This document shows, in pieces, positions 18,092 to 23,954 of a stretch of DNA of 64,000 nt; positions within the stretch are counted from its first letter, which is position 1, and each line of letters begins with the position of its first letter. The position numbers and the translations under genes were made by a program. The notes under the pieces were generated by a model. That model searched no databases and was not told the DNA's origin. It worked only from the letters and a program-made list of their open reading frames with translations. Origin of the DNA: Escherichia virus TH10; the sequence record MT446388.1, one strand, 5' to 3'.

Positions 18092-18169
18092 GTTCCAGTA
18101 GACAAAATGGTAAAGTCACCACTCTTTCAAAGTGGATATCTGAGGGTTCAAATCCCTTCTGGAACGCCA
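18092..18169 (+). tRNA. tRNA-Glu (UUC)
   Basis: acceptor GTTCCAG/CTGGAAC, anticodon stem CCACT/AGTGG, loop ctTTCaa, CCA. Confidence 0.8.
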
Positions 18170-18176
18170 GTTTTGA

Positions 18177-18248
18177 CAGAAGACCAATTACAGCAAACTT
18201 AATCTACTCATCTGAAAGTTAATCGGACAAAGAAGATATTTGGTCTGG
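18177..18248 (+). ncRNA. structured element 1 (CAGAAGACC..GGTCTGG helix)
   Basis: 5' CAGAAGACCAA pairs with 3' TTGGTCTGG; no ORF; one of 4 copies with compensatory changes. Confidence 0.4.
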
Positions 18249-18259
18249 TCATTAAGAAT

Positions 18260-18336
18260 TGCGGGTATAGAGAAAGGGCGTCTCACATGTCTCATTAGCA
18301 TGGTATCGGCAGGTTCGACTCCTGCACCCGCCTCCA
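18260..18336 (+). tRNA. tRNA with CAU anticodon (Met or Ile2), atypical
   Basis: T-arm GCAGG-TTCGACT-CCTGC, acceptor with 1-72 mismatch, loop ctCATta, CCA; irregular D arm and 6-nt variable region. Confidence 0.55.
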
Positions 18337-18342
18337 ATTTTG

Positions 18343-18401
18343 CAGAAGACCGTATTCAGCAACAAAATACTTTTTGCGGATAAAAGAAAAACACGGTCTG
18401 G
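18343..18401 (+). ncRNA. structured element 2 (CAGAAGACC..GGTCTGG helix)
   Basis: 5' CAGAAGACCGT pairs with 3' ACGGTCTGG. Confidence 0.4.
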
Positions 18402-18412
18402 CAATGTATTAA

Positions 18413-18489
18413 GGTTAGGAAGCACATAAGGTATGTGCGGTCGCCTGTTAAGCGAATGGCACAGGGTTCGAATCCCTGACTAACCGCCA
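18413..18489 (+). tRNA. tRNA-Asn (GUU)
   Basis: T-arm CAGGG-TTCGAAT-CCCTG, D-stem GCAC/GTGC, loop ctGTTaa, CCA. Confidence 0.75.
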
Positions 18490-18497
18490 AATTAAAT

Positions 18498-18585
18498 GTG
18501 TCGTTATCCCGTAGATGGTAGCGGTGGGGACTGTAAATCCCTTGTCATTGAGACTCGGTAGGTTCGACTCCTACACGGCACACCA
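18498..18585 (+). tRNA. tRNA-Tyr (GUA), type II
   Basis: acceptor GTGTCGT/ACGGCAC, anticodon stem GGGGA/TCCCT, loop ctGTAaa, long variable arm, T-arm GTAGG-TTCGACT-CCTAC, CCA. Confidence 0.8.
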
Positions 18586-18590
18586 ATAAA

Positions 18591-18667
18591 GGCTATGTAG
18601 TTTAACTGGAGAAAATACTCCCCTGTCACGGGAGATGATGTGAGTTCAAGTCTCATCGTAGCCGCCA
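18591..18667 (+). tRNA. tRNA-Asp (GUC)
   Basis: acceptor GGCTATG/CGTAGCC, anticodon stem CTCCC/GGGAG, loop ctGTCac, CCA. Confidence 0.8.
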
Positions 18668-18728
18668 ATTTTGAGAGGGCTATTTAGCCCCTCCCTTAAA
18701 GAGTTCTTACGAGTATTCTTTAAAGGAG

Positions 18729-18804
18729 CAGAAGACCAAATACAGCAAGAACGTATGAAAATTTCAAGCCAATTTAATTTTGAAAAATTTAAAACTTGGT
18801 CTGG
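18729..18804 (+). ncRNA. structured element 3 (CAGAAGACC..GGTCTGG helix)
   Basis: 5' CAGAAGACCAA pairs with 3' TTGGTCTGG; interior A/T-rich. Confidence 0.4.
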
Positions 18805-18817
18805 CTCAACAAATTTA

Positions 18818-18948
18818 CAGAAGACCGTTTACAGCAAAACTTAAACAATCTATTTCTCGGTAAAGAAAAGGCGAAGGTTCGATTCCTTCACTCGGCAGAT
18901 GTCGAGTTGGTGTAATGGTAGCACTTAAGATGATAAACAACGGTCTGG
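18818..18948 (+). ncRNA. candidate Y-RNA-like RNA: permuted tRNA-like module closed by terminal helix
   Basis: order is helix strand (CAGAAGACCGTT), T-arm (GAAGG-TTCGATT-CCTTC), acceptor 3' strand ACTCGGC, 4-nt loop, acceptor 5' strand GTCGAGT (7 bp incl. one G-U), D-arm GTG-TAATGGTAG-CAC, helix strand (AACGGTCTGG). Confidence 0.5.
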
Positions 18949-19097
18949 TAATTGTCTTTGTAGATAAGTTATTAAGCTTACCTGTGAGTATGCGACCACA
19001 AAGGGTGAAAGGGTAAATTCTAGATTTAAACCCAAAAAGGCACATCGCTACAGACCTTAAGCAAGTCTGGGTAGCTTATCTACAAAGATAATTTAAT

Positions 19098-19173
19098 GGA
19101 AGTGTAGCAGAATGGTGATGCGGCAGACTTTTAATCTGACAGGCGATGGGTTCGAATCCCTCCACTTCTACCA
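19098..19173 (+). tRNA. tRNA-Lys (UUU)
   Basis: acceptor GGAAGTG/CACTTCT, anticodon stem CAGA/TCTG, loop ctTTTaa, GGGTTCGAATCCC T-arm, CCA. Confidence 0.7.
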
Positions 19174-19251
19174 AATTCACCCTTAACTGAGAAACACCTG
19201 CGCGGCTGGAAACACCCACTCAACAGTTTCTCTAACTAGGGTACTTATTCT

Positions 19252-19328
19252 GGTTCAGTCGCAGATAAGGTAATGCAAGGGTCTCATAAGCCCTATGAAT
19301 GTGGGTTCGATTCCCATCTGAACCTCCA
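19252..19328 (+). tRNA. tRNA with CAU anticodon (Met/Ile2)
   Basis: acceptor GGTTCAG/CTGAACC, anticodon stem AGGGT/GCCCT, loop ctCATaa, T-arm GTGGG-TTCGATT-CCCAT, CCA. Confidence 0.7.
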
Positions 19329-19329
19329 A

Positions 19330-19405
19330 GCTGGTATAGTTAAGAAGGTTATAACACTCCCCTGATAAGGGAACATCGGTGGTTCGATTCCACCTACCAG
19401 TACCA
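19330..19405 (+). tRNA. tRNA-Ile (GAU)
   Basis: acceptor GCTGGTA/TACCAGT, loop ctGATaa, T-arm GGTGG-TTCGATT-CCACC, CCA. Confidence 0.75.
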
Positions 19406-19420
19406 ATTTCAATAAAGTTG

Positions 19421-19449
19421 TTGACATTGAGATGTGACAGCTTTATAGT
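19421..19449 (+). promoter_or_regulatory. sigma70-like promoter (TTGACA-17-TATAGT)
   Basis: consensus hexamers inside tRNA array; followed by about 200 nt ORF-free transcript before tRNA-Arg. Confidence 0.55.
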
Positions 19450-19652
19450 AACCTTAGTTTTCGTTGCGTAGCGTCTATTTTGCAAATTTAAAATAAATGC
19501 AAACGACAATGTTTTTCTGGCAGTAGCTTGATAGGCTAAACACCAGTGAGGTCTTCCAACCCCTCATCAAAGAATTTGGCGTACTAGCCCACGGTATGAT
19601 TAATAAGGTGGGCATCTTTAAGGGCTTTCTCAGAGAGTCTTTAAAGATTAAT

Positions 19653-19729
19653 GCACCCTTAGTTCAATTGGATAGAGCAACGGTCTTCTAAATCGTTAGT
19701 TACAGGTTCGAATCCTGTAGGGTGTGCCA
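19653..19729 (+). tRNA. tRNA-Arg (UCU)
   Basis: acceptor GCACCCT/AGGGTGT, D-arm AGTTCAATTGGATAGAGC, loop ctTCTaa, T-arm ACAGG-TTCGAAT-CCTGT, CCA. Confidence 0.8.
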
Positions 19730-19877
19730 AATAGTTAGCAGATTGCTTAGACGACCTTATCGGGTCTCCGTGTAAGGAGGTGGTCTGTATCTCATGTTTT
19801 CCAGAACATGTAAATAATCTGAGAAGGGGCTTTACAGTGTTGAGATAATACGGTAAGCTTCGAATTATAGTTTTAAT

Positions 19878-19948
19878 AGGGGTGAGCTATGGCAGCAATA
19901 GAGTCTCCAAAATTCTTGATTAGAGTTCGAATCTCTACACCCCTGCCA
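19878..19948 (+). tRNA. tRNA-Trp (CCA), short
   Basis: perfect acceptor AGGGGTG/CACCCCT, T-arm TAGAG-TTCGAAT-CTCTA, loop ctCCAaa, CCA. Confidence 0.65.
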
Positions 19949-19962
19949 GAACAGGTGCTTGT

Positions 19963-20367
19963 ATGAAACTTTGTAGAAAATGTTCTCAAGAAAAGCCTTT
20001 AAGCTGCTTTCATAAAAGAGGTAATGGCTATCAGTCTGCTTGCAAAGATTGTAAAGCTAAGTACTCAGCAAAGAGATACAAAGAAGACCCTACTTATAAA
20101 GCAAAAAGAAAAGTTAGGGCAAAATATGACAAAAAGAGGAACAGAGAGTTCCTTAGTAGATATAAAAAGTTTTGCAAATGCAGAATATGTGGCGAATCTG
20201 AGCCAGTAGCTTTGGATTTTCATCACTTAGACCCTAAAGAGAAAGATTTTGCTCCAAGCAATCTTAAAACTTACTCTAGGGGCACTATTAAGCGTGAAGT
20301 CCGTAAGTGTGTTGTGCTTTGTTCAAACTGTCATAGGAAAGTTCATGCAGGACTGTTAAGTATTTAA
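19963..20367 (+). CDS. HNH endonuclease (134 aa)
   Basis: Cys-rich zinc-binding N-terminus; HNH motif DFHHLDP..N..VVLCSNCHRKVH; embedded in tRNA array. Confidence 0.8.
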   Translation: MKLCRKCSQEKPLSCFHKRGNGYQSACKDCKAKYSAKRYKEDPTYKAKRKVRAKYDKKRNREFLSRYKKFCKCRICGESEPVALDFHHLDPKEKDFAPSNLKTYSRGTIKREVRKCVVLCSNCHRKVHAGLLSI

Positions 20368-20380
20368 CAGTCTTATTAGG

Positions 20381-20468
20381 GGTAGGTAGCGGCTAATGGC
20401 AGCCAAACAGTCTTGAAAACTGTTGCCACTGTAGAGATACGGTGAGGGTTCGACTCCTTTACTTACCG
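20381..20468 (+). tRNA. tRNA-Ser (UGA), type II
   Basis: acceptor GGTAGGT/ACTTACC, anticodon stem ACAGT/ACTGT, loop ctTGAaa, long variable arm, T-loop TTCGACT; CCA not encoded. Confidence 0.75.
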
Positions 20469-20626
20469 CCTAATAAGATTTAAAGCCAAGCTTCATTCGG
20501 ATGTTGCTTTGGTATCCCTCGTGTATTGTCGTACACGCACAGTAAAACACCTAGTAGGTGTCACGGAGAAGAGATAATATCAAGCTCTCCAAAGGTTCTA
20601 GTCACCGGATTAAACAAGACTATGCA

Positions 20627-20647
20627 AAGACCTTTTTAGGTCTTTTT
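20627..20647 (+). terminator. terminator-like hairpin inside tRNA array
   Basis: AAGACC-TTTTTA-GGTCTT followed by TTTA. Confidence 0.35.
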
Positions 20648-20726
20648 AGAGGGCTTCTAAGGTTATTACAGCTTGTTGTGGAACCTTGTTGCTTAGGTTC
20701 TTAGAAGTTCTCTAAAAAGGTTTAAT

Positions 20727-20804
20727 GGGAGATTGACGGTAATTGGTAAACCTACCATCCTTAGAAGTTGGTGTTTGAGGGTTCGAATCCCTTGTCTCCT
20801 ACCA
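20727..20804 (+). tRNA. tRNA, anticodon UAG (Leu-like), short variable arm
   Basis: acceptor GGGAGAT/GTCTCCT, T-arm GAGGG-TTCGAAT-CCCTT, loop ctTAGaa, CCA; lacks type II arm. Confidence 0.6.
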
Positions 20805-20811
20805 AATTAAT

Positions 20812-20887
20812 GCAGGTGTAGCAAAATGGTTATGCGGCTGACTCTTAATCAGTAAGACGATGGGTTCAATTCCCTCCACCTGTACCA
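20812..20887 (+). tRNA. tRNA-Lys (CUU)
   Basis: acceptor GCAGGTG/CACCTGT, anticodon stem GCTGA/TCAGT, loop ctCTTaa, GGGTTCAATTCCC T-arm, CCA. Confidence 0.7.
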
Positions 20888-20893
20888 AACAAT

Positions 20894-20969
20894 GGGGATG
20901 TAGTTTACATGGTTAAAACATAAGTTTTGCAAACTTAAGTACAGGGTTCAATTCCCTGCTTCTCCACCA
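20894..20969 (+). tRNA. tRNA-Ala (UGC)
   Basis: acceptor with G3:U70 pair (Ala identity element), anticodon stem TAAGT/ACTTA, loop ttTGCaa, T-arm CAGGG-TTCAATT-CCCTG, CCA. Confidence 0.8.
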
Positions 20970-20975
20970 ATTAGT

Positions 20976-21050
20976 GCATCCATAGTTTAAACGGGAAAAT
21001 TACAGTCTTCCAAACTGAGGTTGAGGGTTCGATTCCCTCTGGATGCTCCA
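20976..21050 (+). tRNA. tRNA-Gly (UCC)
   Basis: perfect acceptor GCATCCA/TGGATGC, loop ctTCCaa, T-arm GAGGG-TTCGATT-CCCTC, CCA. Confidence 0.75.
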
Positions 21051-21056
21051 AACAAT

Positions 21057-21133
21057 GCTGCTTTCGTATAATTGGCTATTACACATCCCTTGTAAGGATG
21101 GAAATGCAGGTTCGAGTCCTGTGAGCAGCACCA
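21057..21133 (+). tRNA. tRNA-Thr (UGU)
   Basis: acceptor GCTGCTT/GAGCAGC, anticodon stem CATCC/GGATG, loop ctTGTaa, T-loop TTCGAGT, CCA. Confidence 0.8.
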
Positions 21134-21137
21134 ATTC

Positions 21138-21226
21138 AGAGGTCAAGTGAAAGACCGCTTTGAGTCAACTGAAGACCGTAACAAATTCCACGGAGTTGAG
21201 TTAGCGGCACAACTCCAGACCTCTTT
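21138..21226 (+). ncRNA. structured ORF-free element (nested inverted repeats)
   Basis: outer AGAGGTC..GACCTCT and inner GGAGTTG..CAACTCC inverted repeats; contains GAAGACCG motif. Confidence 0.35.
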
Positions 21227-21229
21227 CAT

Positions 21230-21304
21230 ACTCGCTTAGTTTATATGGTAAAACACCACCCTTACAAGATGAAGAAAAAGGTTCAAGTCCTTTAGTGAGT
21301 ACCA
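21230..21304 (+). tRNA. tRNA, isotype uncertain (possibly Val UAC)
   Basis: acceptor ACTCGCT/AGTGAGT, T-arm AAAGG-TTCAAGT-CCTTT, CCA; anticodon stem poorly paired. Confidence 0.55.
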
Positions 21305-21305
21305 T

Positions 21306-21383
21306 GTTCCAGTATCCCAATTGGCAGAGGATGCAAGCTCAAACCTTGTACTAGTGACGGTTCGAATCCGTCTTGGAACACCA
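21306..21383 (+). tRNA. tRNA, anticodon CAA (Leu-like), short variable arm
   Basis: acceptor GTTCCAG/TTGGAAC, anticodon stem GCAAG/CTTGT, loop ctCAAac, T-arm GACGG-TTCGAAT-CCGTC, CCA. Confidence 0.6.
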
Positions 21384-21399
21384 ATTTTAGGAGAACACT

Positions 21400-21507
21400 A
21401 TGAGTAATAAGTCAATTGCAAAAAAGTTTATAGCGTCATTCAAAAACAGACGTAAAAACAACTCTTGTGAAAAACTGTATGGTGTTCTTGTAGGTAAGCA
21501 GGATTAG
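21400..21507 (+). CDS. possible small basic ORF (35 aa)
   Basis: AGGAG RBS 7 nt upstream of ATG; not in ORF track (<60 aa); 3' end overlaps next tRNA by 10 nt. Confidence 0.3.
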   Translation: MSNKSIAKKFIASFKNRRKNNSCEKLYGVLVGKQD

Positions 21508-21573
21508 TTCAAATGGATAGAGCAACAGTCTACGAAGCTGTTAATAGGGGTTCGAATCCCTTATCCTGCACCA
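21498..21573 (+). tRNA. tRNA-Arg (ACG)
   Basis: perfect acceptor GCAGGAT/ATCCTGC, D-arm AGTTCAAATGGATAGAGC, loop ctACGaa, T-loop TTCGAAT, CCA. Confidence 0.8.
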
Positions 21574-21592
21574 ATTTAAAGAGGCTATTTAG

Positions 21593-22150
21593 ATGAGATA
21601 TTTGAAGTATGCTTCATGGATTTTCTTAGCTTTGTTAGAACCATTTGCAGCAACCCTAGCAGTCATCTTAGCACCTTTTGTAGTTCCATTCTACAGTGAG
21701 AAGAAAGGACACTTACCTTTCGGGTTCAGATGGATGGAGACATATGACAACCCAATTGATGGTGATGAAGGTCACGTTAAAAGATGGGCTAATATTAGAT
21801 GGATTGGTAAACTAGGCGTCTACATGCAAAGAGTCGGATGGCTCTGGAGAAACAAAGCTTATAACTTCTCTTACCATGTATTAGGAAGAGATGTAAAAGA
21901 TGTTACTAAGTGGAAAGGTAATATCAACGTAAGTTCTGACCCTGAAGATAATCAGACTGGTTATCTCCTAATGTGGAACAGTAATGCTTGGGGATTATTC
22001 GCCTTTATCCCATCAATTAAAGTCTTTGGTAAACAGTTTTACTGGAGAATTTATATTGGATGGAAACTAAAAAGTGTTGTCCCAGAAGAAAGAGCATTCT
22101 CAAGGGAAAGAGTTATGTTGGCATTCTTTATTCATCCACTGAGAAAGTAA
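21593..22150 (+). CDS. hypothetical membrane protein (185 aa)
   Basis: AAGAGG RBS; hydrophobic N-terminal segment; Trp-rich; embedded in tRNA array. Confidence 0.6.
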   Translation: MRYLKYASWIFLALLEPFAATLAVILAPFVVPFYSEKKGHLPFGFRWMETYDNPIDGDEGHVKRWANIRWIGKLGVYMQRVGWLWRNKAYNFSYHVLGRDVKDVTKWKGNINVSSDPEDNQTGYLLMWNSNAWGLFAFIPSIKVFGKQFYWRIYIGWKLKSVVPEERAFSRERVMLAFFIHPLRK

Positions 22151-22158
22151 AGATTTAA

Positions 22159-22234
22159 AGGGGATTAGTTTACAAGGTTAAAACCTCGGTCTTTGAAATC
22201 GAAGAAGTTGGTTCAATTCCAACATCCCCCGCCA
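22159..22234 (+). tRNA. tRNA-Gln (UUG)
   Basis: acceptor AGGGGAT/ATCCCCC (1-72 mismatch), anticodon stem TCGGT/ATCGA, loop ctTTGaa, T-arm GTTGG-TTCAATT-CCAAC, CCA. Confidence 0.7.
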
Positions 22235-22236
22235 AT

Positions 22237-22315
22237 GCTCCATTACTCCAATTGGCAGAGAGGCCAGACTTAAAATCTGTGTTATGTATCGGTTCGAATC
22301 CGATATGGAGTACCA
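22237..22315 (+). tRNA. tRNA, anticodon UAA (Leu-like), atypical variable region
   Basis: acceptor GCTCCAT/ATGGAGT, T-arm ATCGG-TTCGAAT-CCGAT, loop ctTAAaa, CCA. Confidence 0.55.
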
Positions 22316-22320
22316 AATTT

Positions 22321-22396
22321 AGCGGTATAGCATAACTGGCAATGCAGCAGTCTCTGAAGCTGTCCTATTAAGGTTCAAATCCTTATGCCGCTGCCA
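22321..22396 (+). tRNA. tRNA-Gln (CUG)
   Basis: acceptor AGCGGTA/TGCCGCT, anticodon stem GCAGT/GCTGT, loop ctCTGaa, T-arm TAAGG-TTCAAAT-CCTTA, CCA. Confidence 0.7.
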
Positions 22397-22427
22397 CTTC
22401 TAAGGATTCTTACGAGAGTCCTTAAAT

Positions 22428-22503
22428 GTGGCCTTATCATAAATGGTAATGACCCATGCTGTGAACATGGTCTATACGGGTTCAAATCCCGTAGGTCACC
22501 CCA
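22428..22503 (+). tRNA. tRNA-His (GUG)
   Basis: acceptor GTGGCCT/AGGTCAC, anticodon stem CCATG/CATGG, loop ctGTGaa, discriminator C, CCA. Confidence 0.8.
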
Positions 22504-22508
22504 ATTTA

Positions 22509-22585
22509 TAGTCCAAGTAGCTTATATGGTTAAAGCGCGTGTCTGAAAAACATGAGAAGAGGGTTCAAATCCCACTGGACTACCA
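22509..22585 (+). tRNA. tRNA-Phe (GAA)
   Basis: acceptor TAGTCCA/TGGACTA, anticodon stem CGTGT/ACATG, loop ctGAAaa, T-loop TTCAAAT. Confidence 0.7.
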
Positions 22586-22601
22586 ATTTCAAAGGTGCTT
22601 A

Positions 22602-23336
22602 ATGAAAGAGATGACAGAACAAGGTAAGGAGATTTTTAATCTCTTAAAAACTGGTAAAGGGTTTTCTAATCCCCTTATTACTGGTGCAGCAGTTCTCAGT
22701 GGAACCGTAGCTGCCTCTACATCACTTGTAAGCTCTATTAGCTCTGTAACAGACCCAACAATAAAAGATAAACTTGTTGCTGCTGGACTTACAACAGTTC
22801 TGCTTAACAGCTTTACAACGAGCCTGACAAGCACTACATCAACTACCAAAACACTGACAGATTACGGTCAAAAGTCCATTGATGAGTTTTCATCACGTAT
22901 GCAGGTAGCAAAAGGTTATTCTAATGTTATGGGTGCAGCAGGTGAACAAGTTGGCTGTACACCATTTAGTGGTATTATGGGTGTTGCTACAGAGTATGGT
23001 CAAAAAGCTATTGATACGATTAACAGTGCACTAGACGGTGTTAATGATGTATTAAGTGACTTACAAGACGCTATTGACAAAGGTCTTGATACTATTTCTG
23101 ATTTAGCTAACCAAGCTGTTAGTAAGATTAATGAAGGTATTTCGAAGATTACAGCTTATGCAGATGAAGTTGTGCAGATGATTGAAGAAGAAGCTGCCCT
23201 TATTGCAGAGTACCTTAGAACGAATATCAATGGGTTCTTAGCAGGTATCTTACCAGACTGGTTTGATGATGCTTGTAAAACTGGTGTAATTGATACTATT
23301 GCAACACCAGAAATGAAGAACGCATTACAGAAATAA
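22602..23336 (+). CDS. hypothetical Ser/Thr-rich protein (244 aa)
   Basis: ORF track 22539..23336 starts at GTG inside tRNA-Phe; trimmed to first ATG (MKEMTEQ). Confidence 0.6.
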   Translation: MKEMTEQGKEIFNLLKTGKGFSNPLITGAAVLSGTVAASTSLVSSISSVTDPTIKDKLVAAGLTTVLLNSFTTSLTSTTSTTKTLTDYGQKSIDEFSSRMQVAKGYSNVMGAAGEQVGCTPFSGIMGVATEYGQKAIDTINSALDGVNDVLSDLQDAIDKGLDTISDLANQAVSKINEGISKITAYADEVVQMIEEEAALIAEYLRTNINGFLAGILPDWFDDACKTGVIDTIATPEMKNALQK

Positions 23337-23337
23337 T

Positions 23338-23430
23338 GGAAGATTAACCCTAAAAGGTAAGGGAGCAGTTTGCTAAACTGCCAGTAGCTGAGAAATCGGT
23401 GTACCAGTTCAAGTCTGGTATCTTCCTCCA
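23338..23430 (+). tRNA. tRNA-Ser (GCU), type II
   Basis: perfect acceptor GGAAGAT/ATCTTCC, anticodon stem GCAGT/ACTGC, loop ttGCTaa, long variable arm, T-arm ACCAG-TTCAAGT-CTGGT, CCA. Confidence 0.8.
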
Positions 23431-23434
23431 ATTC

Positions 23435-23510
23435 GAATCCGTGACAGAAATGGCTATGTGCCTGTCTGCAAAACAGGTTTATAAGGGTTCAAGTCCCTTC
23501 GGATTCTCCA
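23435..23510 (+). tRNA. tRNA-Cys (GCA)
   Basis: perfect acceptor GAATCCG/CGGATTC, anticodon stem CCTGT/ACAGG, loop ctGCAaa, T-arm AAGGG-TTCAAGT-CCCTT, CCA. Confidence 0.8.
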
Positions 23511-23547
23511 AGTTATTTTACTCTCTCTCAATTAAAATAATAATAAT

Positions 23548-23607
23548 GCCCTGCTATAAGTATTCTTCCTTTCGCTACCGAAGAGTATTTTTAGACAGGG
23601 CTTTTTT
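23548..23607 (+). terminator. rho-independent terminator (long hairpin)
   Basis: GCCCTG..CAGGGC extended inverted repeat followed by TTTTTT; ends the tRNA operon. Confidence 0.7.
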
Positions 23608-23672
23608 ACAGAGTTATACTTTATAAGAAGCCTTATACAGTATGTCTCTGACGTACATTGTGGTTTCTCCTT

Positions 23673-23696
23673 GACGGTCTCTGTACCGTCTTTTTT
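23673..23696 (+). terminator. rho-independent terminator
   Basis: GACGGT-CTCTGT-ACCGTC followed by TTTTTT. Confidence 0.6.
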
Positions 23697-23732
23697 AAGG
23701 GGAAACATGGTTAACTATTTGGAGAAAACATA

Positions 23733-23933
23733 ATGAGCGAGACCGTTTATAAAGAACTTTACGAAGCTAACAAGAAGCTAGAATTTATGCAGAACACTAT
23801 CATGGCAATTGCAGACAGACTATCTGTAGCAACAGGTATTGATATTCAAGAAGCGTCTATGGATGCACTTCTTGACGCTGTTGATGCAAAGTTCGAAGTT
23901 AAGAAAGAAGAGACTGCTACAGACTCTGAATAA
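23733..23933 (+). CDS. hypothetical small protein upstream of terminase (66 aa)
   Basis: ORF; position suggests a packaging-associated protein. Confidence 0.5.
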   Translation: MSETVYKELYEANKKLEFMQNTIMAIADRLSVATGIDIQEASMDALLDAVDAKFEVKKEETATDSE

Positions 23934-23954
23934 TTCTATTTGCGGAGGTGCTTA

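Noticed and set aside
18870-18925. Conventional tRNA gene at the T-arm/D-arm fragments
   Set aside because: Arms are in permuted order with no anticodon arm, so it was reported as a Y-RNA-like candidate instead.
18815-19509. Minus-strand ORFs 18815..19045 and 19255..19509 in the tRNA array
   Set aside because: They overlap tRNA genes and the structured RNA elements on the opposite strand, have no RBS, and low-complexity translations.
22539-22601. GTG start at 22539 for the 265-aa ORF
   Set aside because: That start lies inside tRNA-Phe; the first ATG at 22602 is the more plausible start.
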